From a virus (lineage: Duplodnaviria; Heunggongvirae; Uroviricota; Caudoviricetes): a DNA stretch of 4,493 nt. Under the pieces are notes generated by a model that was not told the DNA's origin, ran no database searches, and was given only the letters and a program-made list of their open reading frames with translations. The stretch is from the IMG/VR virus record IMGVR_UViG_2713896789_000008. The stretch is one strand, 5' to 3'. A program made the translations under genes and the position numbers. Positions 1 through 4,493 of this stretch are shown here, one piece after another (position 1 is the stretch's first letter; the number at the start of each line of letters is the position of its first letter).

Positions 1-2192
1 CCACCGAAAGCACCACCAATGGCGCTGCCGATACGCCCGACAATGCCCACCATGGCCTGTTTAAGCAGGATTTCTGTCATCATGGACAGCACCGAACGGG
101 TGAATCCCCGCCAGTTCTGTTCGCTGCCGGTCAGCATCGCCGCCATATTCTGTGCAATACCGTCAAAGGTCTGCGTGGCAGCACTTTTAACCTGCGAAAA
201 ACTGTCCGTCGCACTTTCCGTCCACTCACCCCAGCCGGACTTCAGCCCGGCCAGCCAGTCACCGCGCAGCATGTCTTCATCCGCCCATGTCTGTTTCAGT
301 GCCCCGGTGACCCGGGCCAGCGCCTGCGGATTATCGCCATACACGTCACGAAGACGCTGCGCTTCAGACTCCCGCTGCGCCTGACGGTCAGTGAGACCAC
401 GGGCTTTTGCGCTGATGGCGGCCTGCTTCGCGCGCTGTTGCTCTTCAAACCGTGCTGCCTGCTGTGCCAGCTCATTCAGGCGTTTCTGGTGCTCCACCTT
501 GTCGCCCAGCTCAGCCAGCTGGCGTTTGTACTCCAGCGTCTCGTCTTTATGCGCCAGCAGGGATTTTTCCTGCCCGGATAACTGTCGTTTCGTGGCAGCC
601 TCTTTCAGGACCGCATACTGACTTTCCGCCTTCCATAAATCACGGCGCTGCCGGCTGATTTTCTCATTCGCACCGCTGTGCTTCTCCAGCGTCCTGAGCT
701 CAGCTTCAAGGGCAAGCAGAGCCTCTCTTGCCTGCTCCTCTTCCCTCTCCCCGGCAGAGCGCGTTTTCGGTGATGTATGCTTTTTACCTGTCAGCTCTTC
801 AGCCAGACGGCTGACGGCTTCCTGCTGCCCCGGACCTTTGCTGACGCCTGTTGCACGCGAACGGTTGATGTACCCCATTTCCCCCTGGCGTATACGCGCA
901 TCCCGTTCCGCAATGGATTTTCTCAGCGCCAGTTCATCGCGTTTTGTATTCTCAATAAATACGCGGTTCTCTTCTGCCAGTTCACCAAACAACGCACCAA
1001 CGCCGGGCACATTCTTTGTCGTTTCCCAGGCTGACTGAATAAATTCAGCCAGCGCCAGATCCCCCTGCACAAGCAGCAGCTTCACCTGTTCAACGGTTCC
1101 GGCCACCACGTCAGTGATCAGACTGAGTGCCCCCAGAGTATGATCACCTATCCATGCCCATGCGTCAGAAGTCCAGGTTTTAACATCGTCCCAGATTTTT
1201 TCCACCGGCGTGGCCGCTTTATCAAGTTGCTCCAGACGTGCATTCATGACATCCGCAAACAGGGACATCGCCTCCGTCACCGCAGCCTGTTTACCTTTCG
1301 TGCGCTCAAGCTCATCAATATGGCGTAACTGGGAAACGCTCAGGAAGTTATACTGCTGATTCAGGGAGGCCAGCGCCTTCACCGGATCTGCTGCAATCCC
1401 TTCAAAGACTTTTTCCACCTTCCCGGCATCGTCCCCCACCGTCTGCAGCCATCTCTGAGAGGTTTCCCCCATGATCCGTAGCTGCCCGGCGGTATATTTC
1501 CCGCTTTCTGCCAGACGGGCCAGATTTTCTGCCGCCTGTCTGATACCACCACCGGCTTCATCGCTGATCACCCCGGCCATTTTCCACAATTCTGCCGTTG
1601 TGGTGGCAGCCGCCCCTCCGGTCAGGGTCAGTGAACGCAACAAGGCCCGGTCAGCCTGCTCTGCCTGCCAGGCGGCGGCAGCAAGCGCGGCCAGTACGGC
1701 AACCCCGCCACCTGCCGCCACACGGGCCACCGACATAAATCGTCCCAGTTCACCGGCATTCCGGGCATTTTCAGCCAGAGCATTTGCCGTATCTGACAGC
1801 GAATCCTCTGATGATTCAGAGGCATCCCTGATCCCGAGAAGTTCCTCCTTCAGCAGGGTAAGCAGGCTGAGCGGTCCACCGAATGAATCGCTGATCTGCC
1901 CCCCCTGCTGCAGCATGATAAGGAAGGGATTCTGACCACCGGCAAGCTGAGTGACAATATCCGTGAACTGTGCGGGCAGTGTGCGCATGGCAGCCTTATA
2001 CTGTCCGACTGATATCCCGGCTTTTTGTGCAGCCAGCGCCTGGCGACTCAGCCCCTGTTCAACAGTACTGGCGGTTTTTCTGGCATCCGCCTCCAGACTG
2101 GAAAAATGGCGGCGTACCCGGGCCATCTGTTCATCAAACCGGGCCGCATCCAGACTCAAATCAATAACCAGATCACCCGCTGGCTGGGACAT
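1..2192 (-). CDS. H: Tail tape measure protein (lambda gpH-like), N-terminal ~730 codons; 3' end lies beyond the window start
   Basis: Hand translation of the minus strand from ATG at 2192-2190 gives MSQPAGDLVIDLSLDAARFDEQMARVRRHF..., closely matching the lambda gpH N-terminus as recalled. Internal checks in the same frame: 1983-2102 gives ...HFSSLEADARKTASTVEQGLSRQALAAQKAGISVGQYKAAMR; 1861-1925 gives FLIMLQQGGQISDSFGGPLSLL; 3-59 gives QAMVGIVGRIGSAIGGAFGG, all lambda-H-like. Absent from the ORF track because no stop occurs in the window. Strong SD immediately upstream. Not every codon was scanned for stops. Confidence 0.9.
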   Translation of the reverse strand, partial: MSQPAGDLVIDLSLDAARFDEQMARVRRHFSSLEADARKTASTVEQGLSRQALAAQKAGISVGQYKAAMRTLPAQFTDIVTQLAGGQNPFLIMLQQGGQISDSFGGPLSLLTLLKEELLGIRDASESSEDSLSDTANALAENARNAGELGRFMSVARVAAGGGVAVLAALAAAAWQAEQADRALLRSLTLTGGAAATTTAELWKMAGVISDEAGGGIRQAAENLARLAESGKYTAGQLRIMGETSQRWLQTVGDDAGKVEKVFEGIAADPVKALASLNQQYNFLSVSQLRHIDELERTKGKQAAVTEAMSLFADVMNARLEQLDKAATPVEKIWDDVKTWTSDAWAWIGDHTLGALSLITDVVAGTVEQVKLLLVQGDLALAEFIQSAWETTKNVPGVGALFGELAEENRVFIENTKRDELALRKSIAERDARIRQGEMGYINRSRATGVSKGPGQQEAVSRLAEELTGKKHTSPKTRSAGEREEEQAREALLALEAELRTLEKHSGANEKISRQRRDLWKAESQYAVLKEAATKRQLSGQEKSLLAHKDETLEYKRQLAELGDKVEHQKRLNELAQQAARFEEQQRAKQAAISAKARGLTDRQAQRESEAQRLRDVYGDNPQALARVTGALKQTWADEDMLRGDWLAGLKSGWGEWTESATDSFSQVKSAATQTFDGIAQNMAAMLTGSEQNWRGFTRSVLSMMTEILLKQAMVGIVGRIGSAIGGAFG

Positions 2193-3035
2193 ATCTCACA
2201 CCTCCGGAAATCCCCGCTGAAGCCATCATTAATGCAACATCATCTTCGCTGACATCCACCACATCCGCAGAAGGTGAAATATCGCCCCCTCCGTCCCCTC
2301 CGAACCGGACGCCTCCGGCAACTCCTGTCGCTTTCTGCATCAGCATGTCTTCCTCGTCCGGCATCTCCGTCTGCTCTTCCTCACACGCTGGAGCAAGCAG
2401 ACTGAAATCCGCCGGATGCATATCCGGATCGCCAAAAAACAGGCTGAGTACGGCGTACGTCAGCCCGGAAAAATGCATATCCAGCTGGGTATCCTGAAAA
2501 TAATGCGTGCAGTAAAAACGTCGCCAGTCGGCATATTCGGTGGATGTCATCCCGGCAAGCATGGCGCGCCAGTCGGCTCTCCCCATCTCACGCGCCAGTT
2601 TCAGGACAAAGTTCAGCTCGCCTTCGAATGCTTTTTTGATGTTACCGGCTCAGTCGCTTCTGCTTTCCCGGTTGGTTCAGGATCGGCATCGTGCCGGTTA
2701 TCCAGCATACCTGAAAGATAAAGCACCCGGTTCGTTGCCTGATTCAGTGCATCAGCAGGCCATCCCAGCATCACTTCACGGCGGATCTGCTGCATCTCTG
2801 TCTCCGGAGAGGCCAGAGTGCCTTTGAGGGAATGGGAATGCCATAGCGACATCGCCACAAGCAGGGATGCCGTTTCCAGATATCGCTGGTTAATGTGCAC
2901 GGCATCATGCTCCGTTGTCTCCTGTTGTGCTGCGTCTGAAACAAACTTCATATAATCAAACCGCTGCAGCGCGGACAGCTCCGACAGCGTGACGGACACA
3001 CCGTTATATTCAAATTGTTCTGTTTTCAGGAACAT
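2173..3035 (-). CDS. GT: Tail assembly chaperone G-T fusion made by programmed -1 ribosomal frameshift: G frame 3035 to 2631, then -1 frame 2631 to 2173 (stop TGA 2175-2173)
   Basis: The -1 frame is closed by TGA at 2652-2650 and opens at 2649. From the slip site it reads KKAFEGELNFVLKLAREMGRADWRAMLAGMTSTEYADWRRFY..., matching lambda gpT as recalled. The ATG at 2586 reported in the ORF track has no usable SD (GTGAG abuts the ATG), consistent with T being made only as a fusion. Confidence 0.8.
2199..2205 (-). promoter_or_regulatory. Shine-Dalgarno for H (GGAGGTG), 7 nt upstream of the H ATG and embedded in the 3' end of the T reading frame
   Basis: Minus-strand sequence TTTCCGGAGGTGTGAGAT-ATG read directly; GGAGGTG is complementary to the 16S anti-SD. 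Confidence 0.7.
2613..3035 (-). CDS. G: Tail assembly chaperone (lambda gpG-like), 140 aa
   Basis: ORF MFLKTEQFEYNGVSVTLSELSALQRF... matches the lambda gpG N-terminus as recalled. Sits between V and the tape measure gene, the conserved chaperone position. Preceded by GGAGG. Confidence 0.9.
   Translation of the reverse strand: MFLKTEQFEYNGVSVTLSELSALQRFDYMKFVSDAAQQETTEHDAVHINQRYLETASLLVAMSLWHSHSLKGTLASPETEMQQIRREVMLGWPADALNQATNRVLYLSGMLDNRHDADPEPTGKAEATEPVTSKKHSKAS
2631..2637 (-). promoter_or_regulatory. Programmed -1 frameshift slippery heptamer A AAA AAG (G frame codons TCA AAA AAG)
   Basis: Plus strand 2631-2637 is cttttttt read as c then six t, so the minus strand is AAAAAAG. In the G frame the codons are AAA(2636-2634) AAG(2633-2631) preceded by A at 2637, the canonical X XXY YYZ register. 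It lies 5 codons before the G stop and inside the only window (2649-2616) where both G and T frames are open. Confidence 0.75.
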
Positions 3036-3042
3036 GCTTTAT

Positions 3043-3051
3043 CTCCTCCCC
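3043..3051 (-). promoter_or_regulatory. Shine-Dalgarno for G (GGGGAGGAG) in the 16-nt V-G intergenic gap
   Basis: Minus strand TGA-GGGGAGGAGATAAAGC-ATG read directly; GGAGG lies 9 nt upstream of the ATG. Confidence 0.65.
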
Positions 3052-3801
3052 TCAGCCCGCAGCGCCATCCGTGACGGTGATCTCCGCCACCGCCGCAAAC
3101 TCACCATTGCCGGTGACAACAGGGATCTGTGCTTTACCTGCCGCAACACCTTTCACCGTGATCGTGTTCCCTTTCACGGTAATGGTGGCGAAATTCTGAT
3201 TTGCCGACGTTGCGCGGAATGTTTTATCCGTTGCGCCTTCCGGCTGAACGGCCACAGTCAGGGTGGTGCTCTGACCTTTTGCCACATTCCCCGTTAGTGG
3301 CGTCACGGTAATACCGGTGACCGGTGTGATTTCTCCCCGATCCTCCGCCAGCGAAGGACGACCGATATTGGTGATTTTTACCGTACGGGTAATCACTTCT
3401 TTGGCGGTCACCGCTTTACCAATGGCGCTCACCCAGCCACGGAACACATCCACCGTACCGTTCGGGAAGCGGATTTTGTAGGCCCGGGTCTCACTGCTGT
3501 CAAACCAGGCAATCAAATCACGCTGCCCTTTCTCGCCGGGCTTCCAGGCCAGCGTAAAACTGGTGTCACCGGCAGATTTCTGCCCCTGCCCGGTGGATAC
3601 CCAGTCGGCATCCTCATCATCCAGATAGTTATCGTCGTAGGATTCCGCCGTCATCTCGCCGGGGGTCAGATCCTTTATTTTTGCCAGACGCGTCCACTCA
3701 TCATCTGACAGCGGGTTTGCATAAGCATCGCCCTTACCGGTGTAAACCCAGAGCGTGGTGCCGGAACCTTTTACCGGCGCCAGGGGATTTGGTGTTGCCA
3801 T
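3052..3801 (-). CDS. V: Major tail tube protein (lambda gpV-like), 249 aa, with C-terminal Ig-like (Big_2-type) domain
   Basis: [39 protein letters not shown]...[36 protein letters not shown]... matches lambda gpV as recalled. The C-terminal ~90 aa ([29 protein letters not shown]...[14 protein letters not shown]) has the Big_2 pattern. Confidence 0.93.
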   Translation of the reverse strand: MATPNPLAPVKGSGTTLWVYTGKGDAYANPLSDDEWTRLAKIKDLTPGEMTAESYDDNYLDDEDADWVSTGQGQKSAGDTSFTLAWKPGEKGQRDLIAWFDSSETRAYKIRFPNGTVDVFRGWVSAIGKAVTAKEVITRTVKITNIGRPSLAEDRGEITPVTGITVTPLTGNVAKGQSTTLTVAVQPEGATDKTFRATSANQNFATITVKGNTITVKGVAAGKAQIPVVTGNGEFAAVAEITVTDGAAG

Positions 3802-3805
3802 ATCA

Positions 3806-3810
3806 TCCTC
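3806..3810 (-). promoter_or_regulatory. Shine-Dalgarno-like GAGGA for V, overlapping the U stop codon
   Basis: Minus strand TGAGGATGAT-ATG; the U stop TGA (3811-3809) is part of the SD-like element. The spacer is short (4 nt), so this is weaker evidence. Confidence 0.45.
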
Positions 3811-4204
3811 ACATCTCGTATGTAATGGAATAAGTCAGATCTGCAGAGCTCCACAATGCCATATCGTCATCACGACGATACTCATAGCCCTGCGTAACCA
3901 TCGTGGTAATCATGCCTGCCAGTGCAGGGATCGCCGCCATCGCCGGGTAAATCCGGCTTTCCATCCACGAATCAAGCTCTGAATCCGGTACCTGTGCCGG
4001 TAAAAACACCTCAATATGCAGTGTGGCCCGCCAGGTATCTGCATCCAGCTCTTCACCGGTATACTCTGCATCCGTCAGATAAACCGCGATCGCGGGAAAA
4101 TCCTCTTCGTCAAAAACAACGGGGCGACCATCAAACAGCGTCGCCCCGTGTTCATGCTGCTCGAGTGCATCCAGCACTGCAGCACGGATATCAGTATGTT
4201 TCAT
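3809..4204 (-). CDS. U: Tail terminator / tail tube terminator protein (lambda gpU-like), 131 aa
   Basis: [57 protein letters not shown]...[10 protein letters not shown] matches lambda gpU along its length as recalled. Its start overlaps the Z stop (ATGA). Confidence 0.93.
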   Translation of the reverse strand: MKHTDIRAAVLDALEQHEHGATLFDGRPVVFDEEDFPAIAVYLTDAEYTGEELDADTWRATLHIEVFLPAQVPDSELDSWMESRIYPAMAAIPALAGMITTMVTQGYEYRRDDDMALWSSADLTYSITYEM

Positions 4205-4493
4205 CGTTTTATCGCAATCCTCAGTTGTTGTTTCAGCGCATATGCCAGTTCTTTGGGCAGGCGTTCACGACGGATACGGTCAACGTTTTCATCAAACGCC
4301 TGTTTCAGTGGGGCCGCCATCGGGATTTTCACCACCTGAATGGGAAGGCGATTACGCTTTTTCCTGCCCTTGTCGTCATTGCCCTTCTCATATCTGGCCT
4401 GGGGAAGACGTTGCATAACATGCCAGCGCCCATTATTTAATCGCTGGATAAATGCCCGCTGATAACGATGCTGACCGGCTTTGAGTATGCTGT
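4201..4493 (-). CDS. Z: Tail completion protein (lambda gpZ-like), C-terminal part only; 5' end lies beyond the window end
   Basis: The minus-strand frame is open from the window edge: ...SILKAGQHRYQRAFIQRLNNGRWHVMQRLPQ...[46 protein letters not shown], matching the lambda gpZ C-terminus as recalled. The ORF-track entry 4201..4416 is just the Met-initiated tail of this frame. Confidence 0.85.
   Translation of the reverse strand, partial: SILKAGQHRYQRAFIQRLNNGRWHVMQRLPQARYEKGNDDKGRKKRNRLPIQVVKIPMAAPLKQAFDENVDRIRRERLPKELAYALKQQLRIAIKR

Noticed and set aside
1379-1825. Minus-strand ORFs 1379..1561 and 1628..1825
   Set aside because: They lie in a different minus-strand frame from the continuous tape measure reading frame, which is supported by lambda-H-like translation on both sides; Trp/Arg/Pro-rich out-of-frame artefacts.
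19-2252. Nine plus-strand ORFs of 60-154 aa across the left half of the window
   Set aside because: All are antisense to the confirmed tape measure frame, low-complexity, mutually overlapping and without an SD; typical antisense ORFs of a GC-rich coding region.
2173-2586. Stand-alone 137-aa minus-strand ORF from ATG 2586 that a gene caller would report as gene T
   Set aside because: The frame is open upstream to 2649 and continuous with the frameshift site. There is no SD at usable spacing before ATG 2586, and lambda gpT is known only as the G-T fusion. It is annotated as the distal part of the GT frameshift product.
2663-2669. GGGAAAG heptamer (the lambda-type slippery motif) on the minus strand near the end of G
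   Set aside because: In the G frame it is read GGG AAA G, so it is not in the X XXY YYZ register. The -1 frame there is closed by TGA at 2679-2677 and 2652-2650, so a shift yields only a 6-codon dead-end peptide. The functional site is the in-register A AAA AAG at 2631-2637.
2416-3297. Plus-strand ORFs 2416..2721, 2540..2827 and 2989..3297
   Set aside because: Antisense to T, G and the V 3' end, which are confirmed by homology on the minus strand; no independent coding support.
4201-4416. 71-aa minus-strand ORF presented as a complete gene
   Set aside because: The frame stays open upstream of Met 4416 to the window edge and keeps matching gpZ (AFIQRLNNGRWHV precedes the Met), so it is the C-terminal part of a longer Z gene, not a small gene.
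3755-4440. Plus-strand ORFs 3755..3982, 3922..4440 and 4016..4339
   Set aside because: Antisense to the confirmed U and Z coding sequences; Pro/Arg/His-rich translations with no recognisable family features or SD.
1-4493. Search for a Chi site (GCTGGTGG) on either strand, CRISPR repeats, tRNA-like structures, att or integrase-associated repeats, and IS terminal inverted repeats
   Set aside because: None found by eye. GGTGG-containing stretches (e.g. 481-498, 1548-1557, 1591-1612) do not match the Chi octamer, and no direct-repeat array or RNA-gene-like structure is evident. A visual scan is not exhaustive.

Overview
This window is the tail-assembly module of a lambda-like (lambdoid) siphovirus or prophage, almost certainly from an enterobacterial host, with every real gene on the minus strand. 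In transcription order (high to low coordinates) it holds: the 3' part of Z (tail completion), U (tail terminator), V (major tail tube protein with a C-terminal Ig-like domain), G (tail assembly chaperone), T (expressed only as a G-T fusion by programmed -1 frameshifting) and the first ~730 codons of H (tape measure), which runs off the window start. Gene order, spacing and protein sequences match phage lambda Z-U-V-G-T-H as I recall them; no identities were computed. The plus-strand ORFs in the supplied track are antisense artefacts. H is missing from the track only because it has no stop inside the window. I see no CRISPR array, RNA gene, transposon, defence system or inserted cargo gene. 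The most notable feature is the G/T recoding site: the only in-register slippery heptamer is A AAA AAG at 2631-2637, whereas a GGGAAAG heptamer (the lambda-type motif) at 2663-2669 is out of register and dead-ends in the T frame. I find a conserved, well-understood phage structural region rather than a new biological system.
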